Of a stretch of DNA of 64,000 nucleotides, positions 31,231-40,389 are shown piece after piece. The notes beneath the pieces were generated by a model. It saw only the letters and a program-made list of their open reading frames with translations. It was not told the DNA's origin and did no database searches. The stretch comes from Fidelibacterota bacterium (GTDB lineage: Bacteria; Fidelibacterota; Marinisomatia; Marinisomatales; TCS55): the NCBI GenBank assembly GCA_046861385.1, contig JBHHTW010000001.1, positions 1-64,000 of the forward strand, given 5' to 3'. The position numbers and the translations under genes were made by a program. Each line of letters opens with the position of its first letter. Position 1 is the first letter of the stretch.

Positions 31231-31304
31231 ACTTGTTATTCAATTATATTGATTCCCTAAAGAGAAACAGTTAATTTTGCAGGCTATTTTCGAGCCGAAA
31301 AATT

Positions 31305-32633
31305 ATGTTTGAACAAATAACAGATAGATTTGATGATATATTCCATCGTTTACGAGGACTGGGAAAAATCACAGATTCCAATATTGAAGACACATCCCGG
31401 GAAATACGGCGTGTCCTTCTGGAAGCAGATGTAAATCTGCAGGTGGCTCGCGAATTTATTGCACAGGTCAGGAAAAGAGCCGAGGGAACGAAAGTGCTAA
31501 AATCCATCAAACCGGGTGAACAATTTATCAAGATTATTCATGATGAACTGATCCACGTTTTGGGTGATGAATCGACGGCGCTGGAATATCAAAAAAAGCC
31601 ATTGGTTATTCTGTTGGCCGGTTTGCAAGGTTCCGGAAAAACTACGACTTGTGCTAAATTAGCATATTTACTTAAAACCGAAGGGAAAAAAGTATTATTA
31701 GTGGCGGCGGACGTCTATCGCCCAGCGGCGATTGATCAGCTGCAATCACTGGCGAAACAAATTGATACTCCGATTTACGATGAAGGATTGGGTCAACCGG
31801 TGTCTATTTGCTCCAATGGCGTTGCCAAAGGGAAAAAAGAGCAGATGGATGTCGTTATTCTGGATACAGCAGGTCGTCTCCACATAGATGGTGAAATGAT
31901 GAATGAAATTCGAGAAATCGCTGAAACGGTCACGCCCCACGAAATTCTGTTTGTGGCTGATAGTATGACTGGTCAGGACGCGGTTACATCCGCAAAAGCA
32001 TTTTCAGAAGCATTACCGCTTACCGGTACTATTTTAACCAAGCTGGATGGTGATGCCCGTGGTGGTGCGGCTGTTTCTATTCGCCAGGTAACAGGAACTC
32101 CAATCAAATTTGTTGGTATGTCGGAAAAATTAGATGGACTTGAACTTTTCAATCCGAAACAGATGGCGGACCGTATTATGGGTTTTGGTGATGTGATATC
32201 CTTGGTGAAGAAAGCTGAAATATTAACGGATGAAAAAACACTCGCCAAGCTGGAAAAGAAAATGATTGGGAATGACTTGAATCTTGAGGATTTTCAAACC
32301 CAATTAAAACAGCTGAAAAAAATGGGATCACTTCAGCAATTGGTTGGAATGATGCCAGGTGTAAATCGCAAATTATTGAAGGGTATGGATATGGACGACC
32401 GCCAGTTATCCTGGACGGAAGCTATTATCAATTCCATGACCCTTGCAGAACGTCAACATCCGAATATTATTAACGGAAGTCGTCGAAAACGTATTGCCCG
32501 GGGATCCGGTCGTACATTACAGGAAGTAAATCAATTATTGAAACAGTTTGCACAAATGCAAAAAATGATGAAACAATTTGGAAAAATGAAATCCCGCAAA
32601 ATGCCAATGGGACACTTTATGGGAATAAGTTAA
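31305..32633 (+). CDS. ffh: Signal recognition particle protein
   Basis: GLQGSGKTT, DTAGR, TKLDGDARGG, Met-rich M domain. Confidence 0.98.
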   Translation: MFEQITDRFDDIFHRLRGLGKITDSNIEDTSREIRRVLLEADVNLQVAREFIAQVRKRAEGTKVLKSIKPGEQFIKIIHDELIHVLGDESTALEYQKKPLVILLAGLQGSGKTTTCAKLAYLLKTEGKKVLLVAADVYRPAAIDQLQSLAKQIDTPIYDEGLGQPVSICSNGVAKGKKEQMDVVILDTAGRLHIDGEMMNEIREIAETVTPHEILFVADSMTGQDAVTSAKAFSEALPLTGTILTKLDGDARGGAAVSIRQVTGTPIKFVGMSEKLDGLELFNPKQMADRIMGFGDVISLVKKAEILTDEKTLAKLEKKMIGNDLNLEDFQTQLKQLKKMGSLQQLVGMMPGVNRKLLKGMDMDDRQLSWTEAIINSMTLAERQHPNIINGSRRKRIARGSGRTLQEVNQLLKQFAQMQKMMKQFGKMKSRKMPMGHFMGIS

Positions 32634-32648
32634 AAGAAGGAGATTAGC

Positions 32649-33587
32649 TTGGCTACAAAAATAAGACTAAAACGAATCGGACGCAGAAATAGACCATTTT
32701 ACCGTATAGTGGTGATGGATCAGAGATCACGTCGAGATGGTGCTGCCATAGAGGAATTGGGATGGTATAATCCATTGGAAAAAGATAATGATAAACTCTT
32801 TAAGCTAAAGGAAGATCGTATTCTTCACTGGTTAAAAGAAGGCGCCCAAACTACGGATACCGCACATAATTTATTACGTCGAACCGGCCTCGCATTTCGA
32901 TGGCATTTAATCAAACAAGGGCTGGAAGAAAAAGCGATTGAAAAAGAGATGAAAAAATGGAATCTCGAACGGGAAGATTCTGCGAAACGAAAAGCAACTA
33001 AAGTTGATAAAAAAGCCGATTCCAATCGGGATGAAGTTGCTCCAAAAGAAACAGAAGCAGCTGTTGAAAAGAAATCTGAGACAGCTGTAGAAGAAGCATC
33101 GGAAGAAGAAAAAGTAGTAGAAACCGTGGAATCAGATGAAAATAAATCTGAAGCCGCCACAATGGAACCGGCTGCTGAAGAAAAAGTAAAAGAAATTCAG
33201 GAAGAAGAATCAAAAGAAGATACATCGGCAGTTGTGAAGGAAGAAGATTCTAAAGAAAAAGAAAAAACTGGTGCAGAATCTCAAGAGGAAACCTTGGCAG
33301 AAGCAACTGAGGGCATGGAAGCAGATACAAAAGAAGTATCAACGGTGACAGAAACAACAGAAAAAGCACCAAAAGAAGAATCGGCTACAGACGCCAAGGA
33401 ATCAGATAAAAATACATCTGAAGAAGATACGAAAAATGAATCTGCATCAGATACAGATACAAATACTGAAGATTCTGCCGATAAATCAATTCCTGAAACT
33501 GATGAATCAAAAAAGGAAGAAACCGAACCAGTAGGTGACAATAACGAATCTTCCGACAATGATCTGACGGAAGAACAAAGCGAATAG
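32649..33587 (+). CDS. rpsP: 30S ribosomal protein S16 with long acidic C-terminal extension
   Basis: KIRLKRIGRRNRPFYRIVV...RDG...EELGWYNP; about 190 aa E/T/S/K/D low-complexity tail; TTG start after AAGGAG. Confidence 0.95.
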   Translation: MATKIRLKRIGRRNRPFYRIVVMDQRSRRDGAAIEELGWYNPLEKDNDKLFKLKEDRILHWLKEGAQTTDTAHNLLRRTGLAFRWHLIKQGLEEKAIEKEMKKWNLEREDSAKRKATKVDKKADSNRDEVAPKETEAAVEKKSETAVEEASEEEKVVETVESDENKSEAATMEPAAEEKVKEIQEEESKEDTSAVVKEEDSKEKEKTGAESQEETLAEATEGMEADTKEVSTVTETTEKAPKEESATDAKESDKNTSEEDTKNESASDTDTNTEDSADKSIPETDESKKEETEPVGDNNESSDNDLTEEQSE

Positions 33588-33608
33588 TCAACGTGTAAGG
33601 AGACTAAC

Positions 33609-33842
33609 ATGAAGGAAATGATCGAAATAGTAGTTAAAGAGCTAGTAGATAAACCGGACGAAGTCCAAGTAACTAAAGTCGAAACTGAGCAAAGAATCAT
33701 CTATGAGTTGGTTGTTGGCGAAGGTGATTATGGCAAAGTTATAGGCAAGCGAGGGCGAAATATTTCTGCCATTCGGACATTGGTGTTCGCTGTTAATGCC
33801 AAAGAGGGTGGCAAACGCGCACGTTTGGATGTGATTGACTGA
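33609..33842 (+). CDS. khpA: KH-domain RNA-binding protein (KhpA/YlqC)
   Basis: LVDKPDEV, GKVIGKRGR; position between rpsP and rimM. Confidence 0.92.
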   Translation: MKEMIEIVVKELVDKPDEVQVTKVETEQRIIYELVVGEGDYGKVIGKRGRNISAIRTLVFAVNAKEGGKRARLDVID

Positions 33843-33843
33843 T

Positions 33844-34344
33844 ATGTCGAAGAAAGTCCATCCCATAGCCAAAATTACTCAAATTAGTGGATTTCGCGGT
33901 GAAGTTCGCTTAAAACCATTGTCGCGATACTTTGATGAATATGTTGAAACACGCCCACTCAGTATCGGATACGACATGAATATGTGCCGTGACATAAAGC
34001 TATCCGAAACTATCGGTAACGGTAAGCGGAAACGGTTCAAATTTGAAGGTATTGGGAGCCGAGATGATGCAGAAGTCCTCATAGGTCAAACAGTCTATGC
34101 GGAACAGAAAGATGATGATCACGCAAATCTTATTTCTAAAGATTTGCTTGGATATACTGTAATAACGGAATCCGGCTATATGGTTGGAACTTTATCAGAT
34201 ATTTTATGGCTGCCTGCAAATGATGTCTATGTAATAATGGATGGAAAAGATGAAAAGTTAATACCGGTAATCGATGAGATAATCAAAGGAATTGATCATC
34301 AATTAAGCTTAATCATCATTTCACCCATGGATGGATTGATTTGA
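33844..34344 (+). CDS. rimM: Ribosome maturation factor RimM
   Basis: GFRGEV, ANDVYV, LIPVI, MDGLI; synteny; start ATG 33844 or TTG 33835. Confidence 0.9.
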   Translation: MSKKVHPIAKITQISGFRGEVRLKPLSRYFDEYVETRPLSIGYDMNMCRDIKLSETIGNGKRKRFKFEGIGSRDDAEVLIGQTVYAEQKDDDHANLISKDLLGYTVITESGYMVGTLSDILWLPANDVYVIMDGKDEKLIPVIDEIIKGIDHQLSLIIISPMDGLI

Positions 34345-35057
34345 AGAAAATAGCCTTTATTACACCGGTTCCTGATATGGTGAAAACCATCATTGAGCAA
34401 AGTATGCTCCGTAGAGCCCATGAAGAAAATATTGTGGAGTATTTCATGGTGGATCTACGTGAATTTGGAAAAGGAAATTATCGTCAAATAGACGACGCAC
34501 CTTACGGAGGCGGAAGCGGAATGGTGATGATGGCAGAACCCCTGATAGCAGCCATTGAATCAGCAAAAAAATGGATGAACAATAAAGAAGATATTCGAAT
34601 TATTTATCCGTCGCCCCAAGGAAAAACATGGAATCACAGATGCGCGGAATCCTTCATCGATTATGATAGTCTCATTTTCATTTGCGGACATTATAAAGGT
34701 ATCGATCAACGAGTGATCGAAAAATATGTCACTGATGAATTATCTATCGGCGATTATGTTGTATCCAGCGGGGAGATTCCCGCCATGATCATCGCTGATT
34801 CTATTATTCGCCTGATTCCGGGAGTATTGAATTCCAGGGAATCAGCCGAAACGGATTCTTTTTATAATGGCTTGTTGGATAATCCCTATTTTACAAAACC
34901 GCGTCATATAGACGGTATAAATGTCCCGGAAGTATTATTGAATGGGAACCATAAAGAAATTAATGACTGGAAACAGTCCCAGAGAGAGAATATTACTAAA
35001 ACAAAACGCCCGGATCTTTGGCGTAAACAATTAGAAAATAATGAGGTGTCGGAGTAA
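34341..35057 (+). CDS. trmD: tRNA (guanine-N1)-methyltransferase
   Basis: DDAPYGGGSGMVM, SPQG, CGHYKGIDQR, SIGDYV, VPEVLLNGNH. Confidence 0.96.
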   Translation: MKKIAFITPVPDMVKTIIEQSMLRRAHEENIVEYFMVDLREFGKGNYRQIDDAPYGGGSGMVMMAEPLIAAIESAKKWMNNKEDIRIIYPSPQGKTWNHRCAESFIDYDSLIFICGHYKGIDQRVIEKYVTDELSIGDYVVSSGEIPAMIIADSIIRLIPGVLNSRESAETDSFYNGLLDNPYFTKPRHIDGINVPEVLLNGNHKEINDWKQSQRENITKTKRPDLWRKQLENNEVSE

Positions 35058-35060
35058 ACG

Positions 35061-35402
35061 ATGAATAAACTACATAAAGCTGTTAAAGACCAATTAAAAA
35101 CAAATATACCGAAATTTAATTCAGGAGATACTGTTGAGCTGGACGTCCGTGTTGTTGAGGGCGGTAAAGAACGTATCCAGAAATATCGCGGTGTGGTTAT
35201 TACAAGAAAAGGAGGAGGAATAGAGGAAACCATGACTGTAAGGAAAATATCCAACGGTATTGGTGTGGAACGTATTTTTCCCATCCATTCACCCATGCTG
35301 GCAAATATCAATGTTGTTAGACAGGGAAAAGTCCGCAGAGCCAAACTGCATTATTTACGCAGCCTTTCCGGTAAAGCGACGCGTATTGTTGAAAAACGTT
35401 AA
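35061..35402 (+). CDS. rplS: 50S ribosomal protein L19
   Basis: [29 protein letters not shown]. Confidence 0.98.
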   Translation: MNKLHKAVKDQLKTNIPKFNSGDTVELDVRVVEGGKERIQKYRGVVITRKGGGIEETMTVRKISNGIGVERIFPIHSPMLANINVVRQGKVRRAKLHYLRSLSGKATRIVEKR

Positions 35403-35421
35403 CCATTGCAGTTAAACGATT

Positions 35422-35450
35422 AAAAAGCCCCAATAACTCGGGGCTTTTTT
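35422..35450 (+). terminator. Rho-independent terminator
   Basis: AAAAAGCCCC-AATAACTC-GGGGCTTTTTT after rplS. Confidence 0.85.
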
Positions 35451-35744
35451 GTTTTAACGATATTATTGGGAACATGTAAATTATGTCAGCGCAGTATTGA
35501 TATAAGCAACCGCGGAGCAAAATCGTTAAGGATGACATGCTATTTGGATTGAGTGGTATCCCTCCAAGAATAGTCATTGACTGAGAGATAGCTTGTCGAA
35601 CGATACTTAGTTACTAGTAAAACACAAGTGAAATGATTTGTAAATTATAATATTGATTGATCCAATTCGAATTACCAATAACCAGCTACAACCAACCATT
35701 AACCTGTTACTATTAACAAATAACCAGATACTACTAATCAAAGA

Positions 35745-36905
35745 ATGAGCAGATTTGAAAAAATAGTACTGGGTATCACCGGTGGGAGTCATTTGTCCGT
35801 CCATGCGTTGATGTTGGCCCTACCAAGCCTGATTCCCATTTTACGTGATGAATTCAATACTGGGTTGGATACACTGGGTCTGGTGGTAACCATCAGCGCC
35901 TTTATGTTCGGCGTTGGAGCCATTCCGTCCGGATGGGCTGAACGAAAGTTAGGAGGCAGGATATTATTGTTATTATACCTTTTCGGTTCCGGACTGTCTG
36001 CGATGTTAGTTTCAATATCAGGTTCCTTTAATATGATGGTGGCAGGACTGGGATTGATGGGATTTTTCTGCAGCATTTATCATCCTGCAGGACTGACGCT
36101 CATTTCTCACCGTATAACTTCTCTCACAAGAGGAATGGCAGTTCACGGTATCTTTGGTACCACGGGTTCAGCGATCGGACCCATCATGGCCACTGCTTTG
36201 GCATCCTTAATCTCTTGGAGAGCATCCTATGCTGCATTAGGTGTGTTTAACATCATTCTCGCTTTCGCTACGATTGTTGCGGTTCCAAAGCGTAAACACG
36301 ATATCGAAGAGACACAATTAGAAAATCACGTCGGAAAGACTAACCGTCCAGCGCTGATCTATTTTTATTTGACTAGCATGCTCATGGGTATGGCGTATTA
36401 TGGATTCACTACATTTATGCCGACCCATTTCGCTGAAAATACAAACCAATTTGCACCATTTATTACTACAACAATGAAAGCAGGTGTTTTTCCTACATTG
36501 GTTTTTCTGGCTGGAATCATAGGTCAGCTCATCGGCGGTCGGTTAGGGAGTCTTTACAACAGACCTAAAATGATGATGACCATAGTGGCTTTAAATATTC
36601 CATTTTTCATACTTATGGGCTATGTCACAGATTTAATGCTGGTGTTATTCAGTCTAGGTTTGGGCGTGGCTTTTTTTAGTATCCAACCTGTTAGCAATAC
36701 ACTCATTGCGGATTTCACCCATAGCGATAATAGAGGGCTGGGATACGGTTTTAATTTTTTCCTAAGCTTTGGTGTTGGTTCTATTGCAGCCGCCCTCGGT
36801 GGATTCATTGCCGAAAACATGGGTGTTGCTTCCGTATTTCCTATGATGGGATATTTATTGATCCCCGGACTGTTTACCAGTTATATGATTACTAGAAACC
36901 TTTGA
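35745..36905 (+). CDS. MFS transporter (Fsr-like)
   Basis: About 12 TM segments, SIYHPAG motif, GxxxDR-like loops. Confidence 0.88.
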   Translation: MSRFEKIVLGITGGSHLSVHALMLALPSLIPILRDEFNTGLDTLGLVVTISAFMFGVGAIPSGWAERKLGGRILLLLYLFGSGLSAMLVSISGSFNMMVAGLGLMGFFCSIYHPAGLTLISHRITSLTRGMAVHGIFGTTGSAIGPIMATALASLISWRASYAALGVFNIILAFATIVAVPKRKHDIEETQLENHVGKTNRPALIYFYLTSMLMGMAYYGFTTFMPTHFAENTNQFAPFITTTMKAGVFPTLVFLAGIIGQLIGGRLGSLYNRPKMMMTIVALNIPFFILMGYVTDLMLVLFSLGLGVAFFSIQPVSNTLIADFTHSDNRGLGYGFNFFLSFGVGSIAAALGGFIAENMGVASVFPMMGYLLIPGLFTSYMITRNL

Positions 36906-37096
36906 AAAACCTATTGTACAAATTAAAAAGTTTAACATTCGCCTGCTTTTCGTTGGAAAACTTATTAATAGCTATGCCATTACTTGTATTTCCCGTCTTC
37001 CCGCCTGCCACAACTATAATAAAAAGAAGGGGGCGGGCAGGAATCAGACAAAATTTAATTCTTTTTTCTTCATACTCTAGGTTTTATAAAGGTTTC
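36895..37096. mobile_element. Putative MITE, about 200 bp, non-autonomous
   Basis: Terminal inverted repeats GAAACCTTTGAAAAACCTA / TAGGTTTTATAAAGGTTTC (17/19) extending imperfectly to about 55 bp; internal GC-rich hairpin. Confidence 0.65.
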
Positions 37097-37154
37097 AATA
37101 AAAAATCATGATTGTTGTTTTATCTGTGAATGTTCATCAATTTCACCTATTGTT

Positions 37155-38525
37155 ATGAGCAAGAACCAACTCCAACAACTTCCGTCAGTATCTGAAGTAT
37201 TACTTGAGGTAAACCAGAACACCAGGCTGCATATCAATTATATTACTGTAATAATAAAATCAGAAATAAAACGATTTCGAGGTCAGGCTAAAGAAGGAAA
37301 ACTAAATCTCCACCGTAGCGATATTGTTAATGAAATTCTGGATGAAATTAATCGCCTGGCCAAACCATCTTTAAGGAATATTATCAATGGAACAGGCGTG
37401 GTTCTGCACACAGGTTTCGGAAGGGCGCCTGTGTCCAGAAAAATTATTTCCCATGTCGCTAAACGGATGGAAGGGTATGTCAATCTTGAATTCGATCTCG
37501 CTTCTGGCAAAAGAGGCGAACGACAAGACCACATCAGTCACATTATTTCCGGAATATGCGGAACAGAAAGCTGCGTGATAGTGAATAACAATGCCGCAGC
37601 TGTACTGATTGCATTAAATACGCTTGCTGAAGGAAAAGACGTGATTGTTTCCAGGGGGCAAGAAGTGGAGATCGGCGGTTCCTTTCGTATTCCAGATGTG
37701 ATCCGCAAGAGCCATTGCAACCTGGTGGAAGTTGGCACCACGAACCGAACTCACCTAAAAGACTACGAAAAAGCCATTAGCAAAAACACCGGTGCTATCC
37801 TCTGGGCTCATACCAGTAATTACGTTGTAAAAGGCTTTACGAAAGAAGTTCCTTTACGGGAATTGGCTGATTTGGCGAAAAAGAAACGCATTCCTTTAGT
37901 GGCAGATCTCGGATCAGGTGCTTTGGTGGATATGGAAAAATTGAATCTCCCACTGGAAGAACTTGCTGCTGATATAGTAAAATCCGGCACTGATATAATC
38001 ACTTTCTCCGGGGATAAGTTGTTGGGAGGGCCCCAATCAGGGATCATTGTTGGAAAAAATCGCTTACTCAAAGCCATTCACAAAAATCCACTTTACAGAA
38101 CGTACCGTTGTGACAAATGGATCATTGCTCTTATGGAAGAAACATTACGAACCTATCGTGCAGAGGATAAAGTGACAAACGACAATTTATCCATGAAACT
38201 TCTGACAACTTCTAAAAAAAACCTTCTGACCCGGGGAGGAAAGATTTTGGCAGGTATTCATAAGAAAAAAGTGAAGGAATTGGGTTTATCGATAGTTGAA
38301 TCCAGGGTGGAAGCAGGCAGCGGATCTTTGCCAGTAGAATCTATTCCCAGCGCTGCCTTCCGGTTTAAACCAAAATCAATTTCCGTTACTGGATTAGCTA
38401 AAGCATTTAGAATCGGCGATATTCCTGTCGTCGGTTATATTAAAGATGATACATTTTATATCGATCTGAAAGCGGTTCTTCCAACTCAAATAAATAGGCT
38501 GACTCAAGCCATCCAAGATATCTAA
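37155..38525 (+). CDS. selA: L-seryl-tRNA(Sec) selenium transferase
   Basis: INGTGVVLHT, NLEFDL, VNNNAAAV, VEIGGSFRIPD, EVGTTNRT, FSGDKLLGGPQ. Confidence 0.97.
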   Translation: MSKNQLQQLPSVSEVLLEVNQNTRLHINYITVIIKSEIKRFRGQAKEGKLNLHRSDIVNEILDEINRLAKPSLRNIINGTGVVLHTGFGRAPVSRKIISHVAKRMEGYVNLEFDLASGKRGERQDHISHIISGICGTESCVIVNNNAAAVLIALNTLAEGKDVIVSRGQEVEIGGSFRIPDVIRKSHCNLVEVGTTNRTHLKDYEKAISKNTGAILWAHTSNYVVKGFTKEVPLRELADLAKKKRIPLVADLGSGALVDMEKLNLPLEELAADIVKSGTDIITFSGDKLLGGPQSGIIVGKNRLLKAIHKNPLYRTYRCDKWIIALMEETLRTYRAEDKVTNDNLSMKLLTTSKKNLLTRGGKILAGIHKKKVKELGLSIVESRVEAGSGSLPVESIPSAAFRFKPKSISVTGLAKAFRIGDIPVVGYIKDDTFYIDLKAVLPTQINRLTQAIQDI

Positions 38526-38526
38526 A

Positions 38527-40389
38527 ATGCCACAAATTGTTATCGGTACCGCCGGGCATATTGACCACGGAAAGACAGCGTTGGTAAAAGCGCTTACCGG
38601 TACGGATACTGATCGGCTGGCAGAGGAAAAAGCGAGAGGTATGACCATTGACCTTGGATTTGCTTTTTTGAACGATTCCATTACGATCATTGATGTCCCA
38701 GGCCATGAAAAATTTGTACGAAATATGGTGGCAGGTGTGTCTACAATTCACATTGCCCTTCTCGTAGTAGCTGCTGATGACGGTATTATGCCTCAAACCA
38801 GAGAGCATCTCCATATTTTGAAACTGCTGAATATTCCTCAATGTGTTGTGGCTATTACAAAAATCGATTTGGTGGAAGATGATGAATGGCTGGACCTAAT
38901 TGAGTTAGAGATCAATGAAATTACAGAAGGAATGTTTTCAAATGTTGATGTGGTGCGAACATCCGCCACAAACGATATAGGGATTGCGGAATTATACCAA
39001 TTGCTGTTAGAAAAAGCGAATGTTGTAAAGACCACAGATGCGTTGAGTTTTTTTCGTTTGCAAGCCGACCGTGTATTTTCCATGACAGGATTCGGAACTG
39101 TGGTGACAGGTACCGTTATATCCGGGGAATTAAAAAAAGGAAATACTTTGGATGTATTACCGGGAAATTTTCAGGCGAAGGTTCGGGGAATACAATCTCA
39201 CGGAAAAGAAGTGAGTTCTGTCCAAAAAGGTGACAGAGCTGCCGTAAATCTGGCAGGGATAGACGTCAGTAAAATTACCCGGGGATCTGAACTGGTTGCA
39301 CCTGGAAAATTGAAAGCCATCACCAGGTTTACAGCACATATTCACCTTATTAAAGATATGAAAAAAGATTTGAAGCACGGTCAGCGGATTCGGATACACT
39401 TGGGTACTGGGGAGACTATGGCAAGGGTGTATTTACCAGCGAATAAGAAAATGGCCGCCGCCAGTTCCGGGAATGTAATTTTCGAACTGGAGCATCCTGC
39501 ATCTATCGCAAACGAAGATCGTTTTGTTATTAGAACATATTCACCCATGACCACCATCGGCGGTGGAACCGTATTGACAACATTTTTTCCAAAGGGAGTT
39601 AAGATTAACAAGTGGGTTTTAACACTGGAAAAGCAATTTGAGAAGCGATTCACCCAGTTGGTTACTGCATTCAAAACAAATCCGAAGACAATTTATGAGT
39701 GGAGTAATTTGGTGCAGATGACTGATAATCACATTAGACAGATTGTAAAACAAACAGGTCTGAAAACATCAAATCATAGCATGATTTTTACTGAGGAAAA
39801 TTTAGATAAATGCAAAAAGATTATTTTGACGGCGCTGACGAAATTCCATGGGAAGAACCCTCTTCGGAAAGGAATGTCAGCAGATGGATTGAAACAAGAG
39901 ACAGGATTAAGTGAAGAATGGTTATCCGAATTATTGACCGTGATGGAAAAAGAAGGTTCTGTTCAATCTGCAGGGACAGGATTGGCATTGGCTGGCCATG
40001 AAGTGGAGCTGGAAGGCCAATCAGCTGAACTATCAGGCCAATTGGAAAATGTTTTAATGGATAATGAATATATTCCTTTGAAAACAGATGACTTGTTCAA
40101 AAAACTCAATACCGGCGAGAAAGAAATTTTAGAAATACTTCATGTATTAAAAAATGACGAAAAAGTAGTAGAAATTGAAAGGGGAATCTGGATGCACAAC
40201 GAAAACATGGCTAAACTCCGTCGGCCTCTTATTGATCATTTTACAAAACACAATTCTATGAGTGTTGGTGAATTTAAAAAAATAACAAAGTTGACCCGGA
40301 AATTCGCCATTCCTGTGCTGGAATATTGCGATGCGATGGGTTGGACCGATCGAGATGGCAATCTGCGCTTAAAAGGGGAAAATTTGTGA
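38527..40389 (+). CDS. selB: Selenocysteine-specific elongation factor
   Basis: GTAGHIDHGKT, RGMTIDLGF, DVPGHEKF, C-terminal winged helix TRKFAIPVLEY. Confidence 0.97.
   Translation: MPQIVIGTAGHIDHGKTALVKALTGTDTDRLAEEKARGMTIDLGFAFLNDSITIIDVPGHEKFVRNMVAGVSTIHIALLVVAADDGIMPQTREHLHILKLLNIPQCVVAITKIDLVEDDEWLDLIELEINEITEGMFSNVDVVRTSATNDIGIAELYQLLLEKANVVKTTDALSFFRLQADRVFSMTGFGTVVTGTVISGELKKGNTLDVLPGNFQAKVRGIQSHGKEVSSVQKGDRAAVNLAGIDVSKITRGSELVAPGKLKAITRFTAHIHLIKDMKKDLKHGQRIRIHLGTGETMARVYLPANKKMAAASSGNVIFELEHPASIANEDRFVIRTYSPMTTIGGGTVLTTFFPKGVKINKWVLTLEKQFEKRFTQLVTAFKTNPKTIYEWSNLVQMTDNHIRQIVKQTGLKTSNHSMIFTEENLDKCKKIILTALTKFHGKNPLRKGMSADGLKQETGLSEEWLSELLTVMEKEGSVQSAGTGLALAGHEVELEGQSAELSGQLENVLMDNEYIPLKTDDLFKKLNTGEKEILEILHVLKNDEKVVEIERGIWMHNENMAKLRRPLIDHFTKHNSMSVGEFKKITKLTRKFAIPVLEYCDAMGWTDRDGNLRLKGENL

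Noticed and set aside
33281..33700. Ser-rich minus-strand ORF and the many other short antisense ORFs in the track
   Set aside because: Shadows of well-supported plus-strand genes, here the low-complexity S16 tail
36902..37111. 69-aa ORF upstream of selA
   Set aside because: Coincides with the MITE-like element and has no recognisable protein features
36906..37154. Searched for tRNA-Sec (selC) here and after mutS (42987-43195)
   Set aside because: No cloverleaf, TCA anticodon arm or T-loop recognised
40326..40385. ORF-track N-terminal extensions of mutS (similarly 50041, 58631, 62708, 56584, 26149, 20763)
   Set aside because: They overlap upstream genes or regulatory DNA; downstream starts with an RBS or stop-start coupling fit better
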